Positions 12,226 to 23,720 of a stretch of DNA of 64,000 nucleotides are shown in pieces. This DNA is from Ostrea edulis. Its lineage: Eukaryota. Both the position numbers and the translations under genes were made by a program. Under the pieces are notes generated by a model. That model worked only from the letters and a program-made list of their open reading frames with translations. It was not told the DNA's origin and did not search any database. The DNA lies in the NCBI RefSeq assembly GCF_947568905.1, contig NC_079168.1, positions 38,998,001-39,062,000 of the forward strand, read 5' to 3'. How positions within the stretch are numbered: the first letter of the stretch is position 1; each line of letters begins with the position of its first letter.

Positions 12226-12490
12226 CCCGTAGGGATCCTGGTTAGAGTAGGTCCTTAGTACCCCTTGTTTGTCGTAAGAAGCGACTAAATGGGGCGGTCC
12301 TTCGAACGATCGAGACCACAAAAAGCGAAAACTTGTGTTACAGCAGGTGTGGCACGATAAAGACACCCCCCCCCCCCCTCCTGATCAATGGCCATAAGTG
12401 TCGGAAATAGGCATAAATTTTGCAGCCCTTCACCGTCAATGGTGACGTCTCCATTGAGAGGGACGTTTCAACAACATACAATCAATAAAT
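12226..12490 (+). mobile_element. SINE (second family, Meta/Deu-domain-like) inserted in the right TIR arm
   Basis: gggatcctggttagagtagg...gtcgtaagaagcgactaaatggggcggtccttcg...ggtgacgtctccat, then a caatcaat tail. Confidence 0.75.
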
Positions 12491-14246
12491 TAAATCAAAT
12501 TGATGATAGTTCAAGGTTTTTTAAAGTGCACATTTACAAAAGAACAGAAGCATATCATTCATCTGCTATGACTGAAAAACCAAAACCAATAATAAATCAA
12601 GGAAATCAATCAAAATTTTGAATTAAAAAAATTATTTGTGTTGCGGCCAAAACAAATTTTTAGAGGCGAAATTTGAGGCCAGACCAACTTTTGAGGCCAG
12701 GTCAAAATTTGTGTTGGAGCCAAATTAGAGGCCGAAATTGGGGGCAAAGCCAGGCCAGACCAATGGGGCAAAGCCAGGTTGTATAGTATGCCTCTAAGAA
12801 AAGAGGAATTTTGCTGTAATACATGTTAATGAAAGTAATCTGCGTACAAAAGAGAGTAATCCATCTAAAGCTTAGTATTACATTGTAACAATAATCTTAC
12901 TACACAAATGTCACAAAATCGATGTGAAATTGAGGTTGTCTACGAAATCTGGTCAAAATAGCCTTTTTCTTTTATGTTTCATTGTATGTTAAACTTTCTC
13001 CCCAATGACCGGTGCCGTTGACTGGCCTATTCCAACACAGTCCCATAGTATTCATAAATGAATCTGATATGGACAACATTGAGAAATGCAGACTAAAATA
13101 AAGGCATGCGTGTGATGACCTTGACGACAGTATGATCTGCAGAAAATTCATTTCCACATATATTTCAGCTAGGTATATTTTTCAGTAAAAGTTTTCTGCT
13201 CTGGCATGACTTTTTTCATAATTATCGATATTTAAAAACAAACAAAAACCACACATACTCCCCCCCCCCCCCTTTCCCGATATTAACTTTGGAAGTACAT
13301 CAACAAATATACACGATTTGACCTTGAAACATTGGCAGATATCGTGAATGGAATCGGTTTTTGACCTAGATAAATTTGATAAGTGTACTGTAGAGAATTA
13401 AATGGAATCTGATGACAGGAATCACCATGAATTTATATTACATAATTGTATTAGTTTAAACTGCCAGATTAGCACAACAGCAGACCAAACGCTACTAAAA
13501 CAGAGTTACGATCGAATTAAAAAAAATATCTACGTACTACCCATCATAAGCTGTGGTCTGCTAGGACTGGCGTTTTCATACTAAAGTCGAGTTTGGAGAT
13601 ATACGTTGGACCTCTTCGGGGGAAAATGCTCTCCACATGCAGTATATACGGAAAATTCCGGATCCGCGCATGTATAGTTGTATGTGGTTACGTTCGTCCT
13701 CACGGTAACACCTTCAACATCGTGTTACATTTATGTTAAATATTTTAAAATAGATAAATGAATAATCTTTAGAACCGCAATAAATACCCAGTGAATTTTC
13801 GTGTGAATGGGATATAACTCACTATACATAACCTGTTAACATGCAATTTATTGTAGTTTTTAGTTATAGAGTGCTAATGTAATTTTAAACCTGCTTTGTC
13901 CTAAGAAAGGTGATTTTTATCGTTCGTTTCGCGGAGGTGTAATCCCCCCCAGCCGATTCGGATATCCAGACGATGCTATATCCGATAGCACACAATCAGT
14001 ATATCTCCGACTTTGTTTACTGACTTTGTCACGGCCATTAATTATAGACTTTTTGTTTTAGATGATCCAAGTTTGTTGTTGTTGTAGAATTAAAGATCAT
14101 CCTCGACTTACAGGCGGTGAAAACCTACCTGGATCATGTTTCTATGTAAACAGTCACATACTTTAACAATACACGGAGTGATACTTTTAAAGATCTGTCA
14201 AATCTTGTGAATTTGGACATAACTAATCTGTAGGAAGGAGTACTGA

Positions 14247-14334
14247 ATGGATATTACCTCGTCTCTCATGCTACAGGTGTCGGGATCAAAGCTGTTGTTT
14301 ATCTACTGCATCGCTTGTGTCGTTGACTTCTCTG
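14247..14334 (+). CDS. Paralog B, first coding exon: signal peptide (MDITSSLMLQVSGSKLLFIYCIACVVDFS)
   Basis: In-frame ATGs at 14247 and 14268, a hydrophobic core, and a G|GTAAGT phase-1 donor that joins exon 17466 in frame (G+AT = Asp). Confidence 0.65.
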
Positions 14335-14976
14335 GTAAGTACAACCAGTCTTCTGGTGCTTTAACGAATATTTAGATTTGCAGCATGCAGAAATCTATAC
14401 AATATGATATATTTATTATTTACATATATACATGTATATTCATTTATATTGATAAAATTTTATTGAATTTTTAATCGGTTATAACCAATTTTTTAACATT
14501 TTGCAAGGAGTGGAATAGCTCCATGCATATTCATGTCGATTTCTGATATTTTGGGATATGTGTGATAAGTATTATTGTTGTATATTTTTGAATAGCTTCC
14601 GAATGCCATAGATGAGAAAAGTATGAAAGCCTTTTAGGGTCACTTAAAACATTCATGTGCAGTAGGCCAACGCGGAACAAACTAAGGCATTATTATCTCG
14701 AATTAAAGGCGTTGTATTTACATTTCCAATGTTTTTACCTTTGCCCCCCCCCCCCCCCCCCCCCATTTGTCCACATGAACGCGCTGCAGTTGTAAACAGT
14801 GTGCATATGAATACAAAAGCACAAATGTACTTGATAAATACACTGCATAGTACGTCTATTCTCACGGCATGGAATGCAGACAGAAATGAAAATAGAATGT
14901 AAATATAAGAAATAGATTTCATTTTTGAAAATACATGAGGTGTGAACTGCGATGCTTCACGCCGTCATACTTCATG

Positions 14977-15062
14977 TAGTCTGGTCCCCGCCCCCGCCAT
15001 TCCTTGATCACTCGTACCCAATAAGGAGTGATCAAGGAGTGGCGGGGGCGGGGACCAGATTA
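14977..15062. mobile_element. Hairpin MITE: 37-bp arms, 12-nt loop
   Basis: tagtctggtccccgcccccgccattccttgatcactc versus its inverted copy, 2 mismatches. Confidence 0.75.
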
Positions 15063-15291
15063 TATTTCATGCAGCACCTTAGAGACGATAAATAAGGATG
15101 GGAACAGCGACGCTTCACGCCGGCACATGCTGTGAACTAGCGCTGCATGAAGTAGGCCCGCGTGAAGCGTAGCAGATCTTGCCCTCGTGCATTTTTATAC
15201 ATATTTATAAGTTTTCGTAAAAAAAAAAAAAAAATCGATCAATTGTAGCAGTTTTAATTTACTCGGAAATAAAGGCTATTTTCCTTCATTT

Positions 15292-16190
15292 AAAGAGGTC
15301 AGCACCTGAGATTTGGAGTAATGTCAATTTTTTGGGAAGTGTGATTTTGATTTCCACATTGAAGGAAATATAGGAAATGTAATAGAAAAACTGGGGTCGC
15401 AATGTTTGTTATTGAGCTCTAGTGTTCTAAGCATGACCTTTATGCACTTAAAATTGACTCAAGATTTATTCAATTAAACTTGATTTTTTTTATTGTCTCA
15501 ACACAACATAAATCAATCATTACATAAAATAGACACATAATTATGTCTTCTAACAAAACAGATAGAAGAAAGTTTAATACAAGTAATGTAAATAAAACAT
15601 GACCTGTTTGCACTTGATACGCGAAAAAAAAAAATCATGATGTCAAATTTGAGGGTTTGAAAGGACACATTAGGAGTAATGTCAATTTCTAAATGTGCAC
15701 ATTATTTTCAAGGTCTTGTCTTAAAATTTAAAATGGAACTTTAAAAATGGGGATTGGAGATCAAAATTTTAAATTATGAGCGAAAATACTGAATTTTTAT
15801 ACAAACTTTTGAGTAAATTAATTTAGATTTCTTTTTATTTTAAATCAGTGTTCTGTTTGGGAAAAAAAAATATCAACCAAATTTTATAGATTACAACATT
15901 TGAACTAGTTCCAAGTCTCAACTAGTTGTATCATAAATTATAAAACTGAAATACACGTATAGGAGTATAAAAATAGAAGACATATTGGATGCAACAGAAA
16001 CTATAATATCATGCAGATTTAGAACTTTTTGATTAATCAATCCTTCCTCCACAAAATGTAGTCCCTTCGAAACCCTTTCACAATTTGAAGTGACGCAAAA
16101 CTTTTCAACTGGATAGGGCTCGGTAATGTGTAATATGTTTACACAATGGGGTCAGTATTGAACCACTAAATACTTAGTTGTTGCATTAAT
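15292..16190 (+). repeat. Dispersed repeat, also at ~24358-24640 and ~27228-27750
   Basis: Colinear similarity by eye. Both left ends start tttaa|agaggt..gcacctgagatt.ggagtaatgtcaattttttgggaagtgt. Confidence 0.75.
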
Positions 16191-16732
16191 GTGGGAACGG
16201 CACGATTGAGTCCGCATTTGAAGAAATATAATATTTGAAATCTTCAATTGGGCGTTTTCAGGAAGAAAGACACATTTGTCTTCTTAGCTCTACAACCCAT
16301 GCTTGTGGCAACGGAGAAAACGCTTGGTGTTGACGTGTTTTTCTCCCATTTTGGGGACATGAATCTTCGCCGAGATTAGAATGACCCCATTTCTCGACAC
16401 GCATAGATGAGATAGTTCTGGGTATGTTAAACAATGAATGTTACTAACTATCACTTTTTCCTCTTGAAAACGCCTAATTAAAGACTGCAAATCTATTTGC
16501 AATGCAGAACCGTTCCCACCCAAAACTAACTGCACCCCACATCTTATAACAATAGTACCACATTGCGCCATCACAGCTGTGGTGTTCCATACTTTCATGT
16601 CTTTTTGGATTTGTAAATTTTAATGTCATATCTGATAGACCCGTCACTTTCACTTTTAATGTGAACGGTCACTAATGCACAATTTAATATGTAACTGAAG
16701 AAACACACACAGGGAAATCCTAGAAAATGATA

Positions 16733-16878
16733 AATCTCTTACCCCGAAAGGGGAAATCTTCGACGTTCACAAGAATTAACTAAGAGATCTTTTCCCCCTG
16801 CATATATCAATCTCTTACACCAAAAGGGGAAATCTTCGACGTTCACAAGAACTAAGATCTTTTCCCCCTGCATATATC
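16733..16878 (+). repeat. ~75-bp tandem duplication
   Basis: aaaggggaaatcttcgacgttcacaagaa...gatctttttccccctgcatatatca occurs twice. Confidence 0.85.
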
Positions 16879-17465
16879 ATTCTATTAATGTTCATAATTG
16901 TTGAATGTATTTTAAATAATTCATATGAACTTTGAATTCCTCATATGATCTGAAACATGTCTGAATTCTGGCTTTGTTATGAGCTAGTGCTTGTTTATTA
17001 GCTAATGATTTCATACAAAAATCAGATACAAAGCAACGTGAATCTTTCTGATATAGCAGTAAAGAGGACATGTTCAAGTAGAAAGGAGGAAGGGCGACCT
17101 TGTTTATGTGTCAACTTACTGTTGAAATATTGATCAGATCAAATAAAGTGCTCTGCACCTTTCACTTCCGCAAAATTTCTCAAGTTTTGGCATTCTTAAA
17201 CACCAACACATAAAATTCTCTTCTGTTTTTACGCCTTTATTTCTCACCATTTCTTCTTTGATTTGCATTATTACGCTTTTCTTATGCGTAATTATAATAG
17301 CGCAGTTGATTTGTGATATCACATCCTTTCAAGTTATAACACTTTTAAAATTGTCTAAAATGTCTGCCAAACTGCAAGAACATGATCTGACACAACTGTT
17401 AGTCATACGAATTGATAAGGATGATAGACAAGAAATTAGTTCACAGCGGATGCTTAATATTTCAG

Positions 17466-17610
17466 ATGGAGATGGAGAAGCGTGTGGTACCATTGACCGT
17501 GGAACACAGTTGTACTGCCCGGACAAATATCACTGCTGTGACTCCGTAATACACTCCTGTTGTGAGGACGGATATGTGTGTTGGAAATCTGTCTGTATCA
17601 GCATCATCCC
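17466..17610 (+). CDS. Paralog B, 8-Cys ectodomain exon (DGDGEACGTIDRGTQLYCPDKYHCCDSVIHSCCEDGYVCWKSVCISIIP)
   Basis: atatttcAG acceptor and GTAAGT donor at 17611; 145 bp. It is the real part of ORF 17258..17614. Confidence 0.85.
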
Positions 17611-18600
17611 GTAAGTAATAAGTAGCGTAAGATTGTAATCATCCCATAAGTCTATAATTAGTAACACCCCGTAAGTTTGTAGTCAGCAACACCCCGTAAG
17701 TTTGTAATCAGTAACATCCCGTTAGTTTGTAATCAGTAACATCCTGTAAGTTTGTAATTAGTAACACCCCGTAAGTGTGTAATCAGTAACAACCCGTAAG
17801 TTTGTAATCAGTAACATCTCGTAAGTTTGTAATCAGTAACATCCCTTAAGTTTGTTATCAGTAATGTAAGTTTGTTATCAGTAATGTAAGTTTGTTATCA
17901 GTAACATCCCGTAAGTTTGTAACACCCTGTAAGTTTGTAATTAGTAACATCACGTAAGTTTAACCAGTAACATCGCGTAAGTTTGTAATAAGTAAAATCC
18001 CGTAAGTTTAACCAGTAACAAACCGTAAGTTTGTAATCAGTAACATTCCGTAAGTTTGTAATAAGTAAAATCCCGTAAGTTTAACCAGTAACATCCCGTA
18101 AGTTTGTAATAAGTAGAATCCCGTAAGTTTAACCAGTAACATCCCGTAAATTTGTAATCAGTAACATTCCCTAAGTTTGTAACCAGTAACAAGCCCTAAG
18201 TTTGTAATAAGTAAAATCCCATAAGTTTGTAATAAGTAAAATCCCGTAAGTTTGTAATCAGTAACATCACGTAAGTTTGTAATCAGTAAAATCCCGTAAG
18301 TTTGTAATCAGTAACACCCCGTTAGTTTGTAACCAATAACATCCTGTAAGTTTATAATCAGTAACAAGCCGTAAGTTTGCAATCAGTAACATCCCGTAAA
18401 TTTTGTAATCAGTAACATCTTGTAACTTTGTAATCTGTAACATCCCGTAAGTTTGTAATCAGTAACATCTCGTAACTTTGTAATCTGTAACATCCCGTAA
18501 CTTTGTAATCAGTGTACATTTATAATCAGTAAAGTAAGTTTGTAATCAGTAACATCCTGTAAGATTATTACTTGTATATATCACCATCTATCCGTAAGTT
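17611..18600 (+). repeat. 25-bp minisatellite (GTAAGTTTGTAATCAGTAACATCCC), paralog B intron
   Basis: Same unit as 1145-2120. The first ~60 nt are orthologous between the two arrays. Confidence 0.95.
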
Positions 18601-18675
18601 CGCGAGTTTGAGCATCATGTTGTAAGTTTGTGATTAATATTATTCTGTAAGTTTGTGAGTTGAAATTAAAATGGT

Positions 18676-18915
18676 TAACATTCTCCTCTATACTGGATCG
18701 TTTACATTAGCCTGTTAATTGTTTTAGTTAACATTCTACACTGGATCGTTTATATCCAGCCTGTTGATTGTGTTAGTTAACATTTTTACAATGGATCGTT
18801 TACATCCAATATGTTATTGTGTTAGTTAACATTTTTACAATGGATCGTTTACATCCAATATGTTATTGTGTTAATTAACATTCTACAATGGATCGGTTAC
18901 ATCCACCCTGTTAAT
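18676..18915 (+). repeat. ~50-57-bp tandem repeat (ttaacattctacactggatcgtttacatccagcctgttaattgt), ~5 copies
   Basis: Read directly. The last copy runs into the polypyrimidine tract of the TM exon. Confidence 0.85.
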
Positions 18916-18935
18916 TGTTGTCTTATTTTCTTCAG

Positions 18936-19006
18936 TCTCATCTTCATGCCTTGTGTTGTCTTCATTGTTTTCATCGCAACAGTTGTCGTAAAAGTCGTCA
19001 GAAAAA
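18936..19006 (+). CDS. Paralog B, transmembrane exon (PLIFMPCVVFIVFIATVVVKVVRK)
   Basis: tattttcttcAG acceptor and GTAAGT donor at 19007; 71 bp, in frame. Confidence 0.85.
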
Positions 19007-19435
19007 GTAAGTATTATAAAGGATAAAACACAAGTATTTGCATTATAATTTTCTACAATATAACATCAAATTCTATAGGTAATCTGGAATCATCTTGTAA
19101 CAGCGCAATGCCAAACTATCTAATGTTCAAAGGCGACAGACAATTTTTGTCATGTAGTACGGTCACAATATCAGATTTCTGCAATAGCGCAACAAATTAA
19201 ATGTGTTTTTAGCACACAGTTTACTTCTGCTTTCATGAAATGTTAATCAATAAAAGCAGTGATAAAATAATCATAGGTTCCTGGATTCACTATCTGTGAA
19301 CAAAACTTCAAAAGAGATCAATCGATATCACCCGGAGAACACTGGTAAAATCATGAATCGTCAGTGATGAATTACTTATCAAACAAATTACAATGTGTTG
19401 ATTGTTAATTGTTCCAACCCTGACACGGTGTGTCC

Positions 19436-19489
19436 ACACACGCACGCACGTACACACACACACGTACACACACACACACACACACACAC
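19436..19489. repeat. (CA)n microsatellite
   Basis: Read directly. Confidence 0.9.
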
Positions 19490-20124
19490 TGTATGCCTTT
19501 TATTAAGCTTTTAAATCAAAATACTTTCAAAACTTAGTAAAACACAGATGTGATTGACAGTGTGAAATATATCTGCAATGTTGGAAAACAGTTCAACTGG
19601 CCTGAAATATCATGTAATAAATGCATGTTATATCTTCATTGTAGGGTCGGGACTTATACATACCATTTTGGGTAGGTCTGAACCAGATAGACATGCTCAA
19701 AACGTGTGTGATCATTCTTCCATCCAAACCTGCAGACTAAATTCAGGCGTTTTTCTTGGTTATGTTTATTCATTTATGAAAACGTCGGTCATAAATTTAA
19801 AAATATACATAGCAGATGTGAAGTTGAAAGCAGTAAAATAGGACCTGTTTTGTGCATGAAAGTGTTGACATCGAATAGTTGAAATTTGTTTCCTTTACTA
19901 TTACATGTTTAATAAAACTTATCCTCGGGTAGTAACTTTATGATAACACGTTTGCAAAATATTTCAGTTGATGCTTTTGTAAAGCTGTAATTATTTCCGT
20001 CATGATTGTTTACAAAGTGAATAATTTGTATAATGGTAGTATTGGTAGTTGTATGGAATAATTCCCTAGTGATGAATCTTGTAATTTCTATAAAGAAAAT
20101 AAATTTAAAAGTAAGGAAAAGATG

Positions 20125-21185
20125 GATCCCTGGACACATTAGAGGTGGGGTCAGATACCTAAGAGGAGTAACTACTAGTATCCCGTGTTGACCGGTCACG
20201 CCCACCGTGAGCCCTATATTTTGATCAGGTAAACGGCGTAATCCATAGCCAAAATCAGCGTATAAAGAATGGCTTAACAATTGGTATAAAACATGTCAGA
20301 CAGCATTTGACGCAATGATAGGTTGTATTTCTAAATCATATTATAGCGAGCATAGAATTGGTGAAATGCTGACTTTAAGCGAGACTGTTGAAACCTCTGT
20401 ACCATAAACTTGTTTGTCAATTACCTGTCTCATGTATTAATTTAAAAACTGATAATACGCAGAACAAGCTCCTGTGTATCGAATCAGCTGAGAGACATAA
20501 ACACCAAGTACAGGTGATAATGGAATATTGCTATATACATATGGAAAGTTGACGATGGAAAAGCTGAAATCATCCTGTCGGGATGACTAAAGTTTGTTAT
20601 AAAGTTGAGTTGTTAGTTTATCGTTGATATCTATGCTCAATAAAAAAAATTATGAAGTAAATTAAAAGACTGTTTCTTTTATTTCGAGTTACTGGAATAT
20701 ATCGAATCGACATATGAATGAAATGAAGATATTTGGATAAAACGTCGTCGATATATCTAAATGTAGATGTATTTAAATGTCGAGTTGAAAGCCACAGCAA
20801 GATAAGTTTCCTTCTCATGTGGAACCTTTTGAATAAATTCTGCCTTGTAAGAATATAAAAATAGGTCAGATACTAAAGGAGCACAATTCGTGCCCATGGG
20901 AATTCCAACAGATTGTTGAAAGACCTGGTCACCATAAATTATGTAGATATTGTCAATGAGGAACTCCAACATCATTTTGATGTCAACTTCAGAGTATTTG
21001 TGCGTAGAATCAGAGTGGCGTTTAACATGGTAATATTTTTGGATAACTGATAACAAAATATAAATATTTCCGTGTTCCACTTTTATTGAAAGAAGCAACT
21101 GCCTATGATATTAAAAAGCTTTGTCTTTAATTCATCATTAGGAATGGTCGTGTAAAGTGAAATTTCATACACTTTGATGTGTTTT
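20125..21185 (-). mobile_element. Penelope-like retroelement remnant (RT C-terminal half plus 3' tail)
   Basis: Minus-strand translation gives LYTTIP, MLEFLIDNIYIIYGDQVFQQSVGIPMGTNCAPLVSDLFLYSY and STFRYIDDVLS, with frameshifts. These are PLE RT motifs. Confidence 0.85.
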
Positions 21186-21189
21186 TAGG

Positions 21190-21304
21190 TTAAGGATATA
21201 AGCCAAAAACTGTTCATTCTGTGAGAGAAAGAACTGATCTATGCCCGTTGAGCTGAATTCTCTGTCTCACGGAATGGACAGTGTGAGGCTTATATCCCAC
21301 TTAA
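21190..21304. mobile_element. Small palindromic MITE bounded by TTAA
   Basis: Arms ggatataagcc..actgttcattctgtgagagaaagaa / ttctctgtctcacggaatggacagt..ggcttatatccc; TTAA at 21190-21193 and 21301-21304. Confidence 0.6.
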
Positions 21305-21685
21305 AACATTAAATCTTTTGTTTTAAGAGTGGACAGGCTCAGGTAAACCCATTGACAATGATAATCATAAATAAAACTATCTTAGATAGTCTGACCATAT
21401 AACCAGTCATGTGTAGAAGTCTGTTTCTTTTGTTCACCTATTGGACAGTGTCAGGTAAGCAAGTTATCATGGGTATCTTGTGCTGCAGGATGTTTATATT
21501 CACTCACTCTTTAGTAATGAGCCATATCAACATGTCTTCCTCTGATGGGGAGAGCATTTTCATTGCACAATACAAAACTTCATTGTGTTAATGAAAACTT
21601 ACTGCAAATACTGTCTTAATGAAAATTAAATTCTGAATAGGGAGGGCAAAAAAGCTATGGAGCCAAAGTTTGATCTGAAAAGCAT

Positions 21686-21926
21686 TGATTGATTGATTGT
21701 ATATTATTTAACGTCCCACTCGAGAATTTCTCACCCATATGGAGACATCACCATTGCCCGGGAATGGCTGCAAAATTGAGGTATATGCCCAATCTCTGAG
21801 CGGAGAGGGATCTTTATCGTGCCACACCTGCTGTTTGCGATCTCCTCCGAAGGACCGCCCCATTTAGTTGCCTCTCACGTCAAGCAAGGGATACTGAGGA
21901 CCTATTCTACCCCAGATCCCCAGGGG
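21686..21926 (-). mobile_element. SINE (Meta/Deu-like family)
   Basis: (GATT)n tail, then the reverse complement of the family body seen at 12226 and 25077. Confidence 0.75.
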
Positions 21927-22247
21927 ATGAAAAGCATTGTGTTTTCGAATATATTGGATGAGGAAATAATCAATACCAGCCAAAAGAACCCAAGATGCGT
22001 TGTGAGTTTCGGAATGTGCCTCTGGATCCAGCAAAATTCGAATACAGCATGGAAATATGTCTGTCAAAGTTAGGTTTTGATGCGAAATGATAATGACCGA
22101 TGGAATTTAAAATGGATTGTGAATCTTGAAGTTGGAGCAGACAATTATACCAAGGAAAAATATTCGTTTAAATGTTTAAGTGATTTTCTTATATAGATCT
22201 GTGTTGAATAAGGCAATTAAATATTATATTTGTTTCTGTTTAACAAA

Positions 22248-23128
22248 CAGGGTTTGACACTAAGGCACGTCCGACCGACCGAGTCTACTAAATGATAGGT
22301 CCGGTCGGGTAAAATGTCGATTTACTAGTCCGACTGGTCGTGTTAAAAATAAACAAGAAACTTTACTTTAAACAGTAAGATATTTTATTCTTAACTAAAA
22401 AGAAAATAACTGTAAAGAATTTGCAAGCAATTTTGAACCGTGTGATGCAATAATCTCTATTTTTAGTTCTAATAAATAAGTCGCGGTCGGTAGTGATGTT
22501 TTACGACATCTACTCGATGTTAATTTTAAACAGTTTATTTGAATTGACTATAATAAAGTATTTATCAAGTTAATAGATTACGTCGTAAACGACTATTTAT
22601 CGGTGTTGACATAGTGTGCGGGAATGTCTCTATATTTTAATACGACTTCTCGTCCTCAAGGAAAGACGTCCCAGGAGAAAAAAGAAAAGGTTAAGGTGTT
22701 GACATAGTGTGCGGGAATGTCTCTATATTTTAATACGACTTCTCGTCCTCAAGGAAAGACGTCCCAGGAGAAAAAAGAAAAGGTTAAGAAGAAACAAAGC
22801 AGGGCTTATGAAATGTAAATGAAATAAAAAGCCGGATGAGGTCATTTTATACTAAATAGATTAAAGAATATCCGTGCTGGGTAAAATTTAAAGAAACAGA
22901 AAACGTGTTTGAAAATCAAATTGAATGACGAGACTAATAAGATATTTTTGAGACAATTAAATACGTTTTGGTTCAAACTTAACGTTGAAGTATTTAAACA
23001 TGGAGAAACTATCAGGGTTTTTTTCTGGAAAGTTGGTCAGGGCTAGTGGATATAAAGTCAGGTCTAGTAAAAATCATTTGAAGTAGCCCGACTGGTCTAG
23101 TGCTCAAAAAAGTAAATGTCAAACCCTG
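22248..23128. mobile_element. Non-autonomous hAT-like element with a 5-bp TSD (hAT5-type)
   Basis: Perfect 12-bp TIR CAGGGTTTGACA / TGTCAAACCCTG; ACAAA duplicated at 22243-22247 and 23129-23133. Confidence 0.85.
22602..22787 (+). repeat. Perfect 93-bp tandem duplication inside the hAT-like element
   Basis: 22602-22694 is identical to 22695-22787. Confidence 0.95.
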
Positions 23129-23354
23129 ACAAATGTATTGTCTTTCGGTTTCTCTTATTTTCAGTCTCCTTGTAGGGGTCTGATAAGTTATTGGGTGTAC
23201 CTTGCACCGTCAAATAAGTTGACAATTACTATCCATTATCATTAATATAAAAAATAAAGGACAGTAATTGTCAGCTTATTGGACACCTACAGGTAACGTT
23301 TTTTTTTAAATACAAGTGGACTCTCTTCTACACAGGAGCCTAAAATGTTTTGAT

Positions 23355-23720
23355 TGGGAAGAGTTTTGTGATTTCAAATTTACTGGAAGTTCTTTGGAAT
23401 TCTTTATTATCCATATTTGATTTACACCACTTTTGGCATATGTTGTGGCACAGTATGTGTGAAGTTTCTCCTTAGGGAGAGGGCTAAATAGGTTGTGCCT
23501 GCTGCCCAATCCTATTCATTTTGAACAAAATATTGCTTGAATTAAAAAAAAAAGTTTCTCCATCACAGCTGTTAATATTTTCGTGAGGACTAAAGATAGG
23601 GGCTTGGTAGAAAATTTACTCGATCCAGCAATATATCTTTGTTTGAAAAGATTTTTGTGAAGTTTAGAAATCCAGTATAGGTACGGTAACTCATATTCAT
23701 TCGTCCCATTAACTGGGATA
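23355..23720 (-). mobile_element. Penelope-like RT N-terminal remnant
   Basis: Minus-strand translation gives YELPYLYWISKLHKNLFKQRYIAGSSKFSTKPLSLVLTKILTAV and EKLHTYCATTYAKSGVNQIWIIKNSKEL, with a small insertion between them. Confidence 0.8.

Larger units (their letters stand above)
9944..12794. mobile_element. Foldback-like non-autonomous DNA transposon with long imperfect TIRs (Sola2-like termini)
   Basis: 9944-~10450 is the reverse complement of ~11870-12794, each arm with a ~230-bp internal duplication. Termini are GAGGGCATAGTATA / TATAGTATGCCTC, flanked by taaa / taag (3/4 TSD match). Confidence 0.7.

Noticed and set aside
16290-16598. 102-aa minus-strand ORF
   Set aside because: No recognisable family; at most a faint resemblance to a LINE endonuclease start. 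It lies antisense within paralog B intron 1.
17258-17465. Hydrophobic N-terminal part of ORF 17258..17614 as a signal peptide
   Set aside because: Starts at a non-ATG codon, similarity to paralog A begins exactly at the AG acceptor (17464-17465), and a better ATG signal exon lies at 14247-14334.
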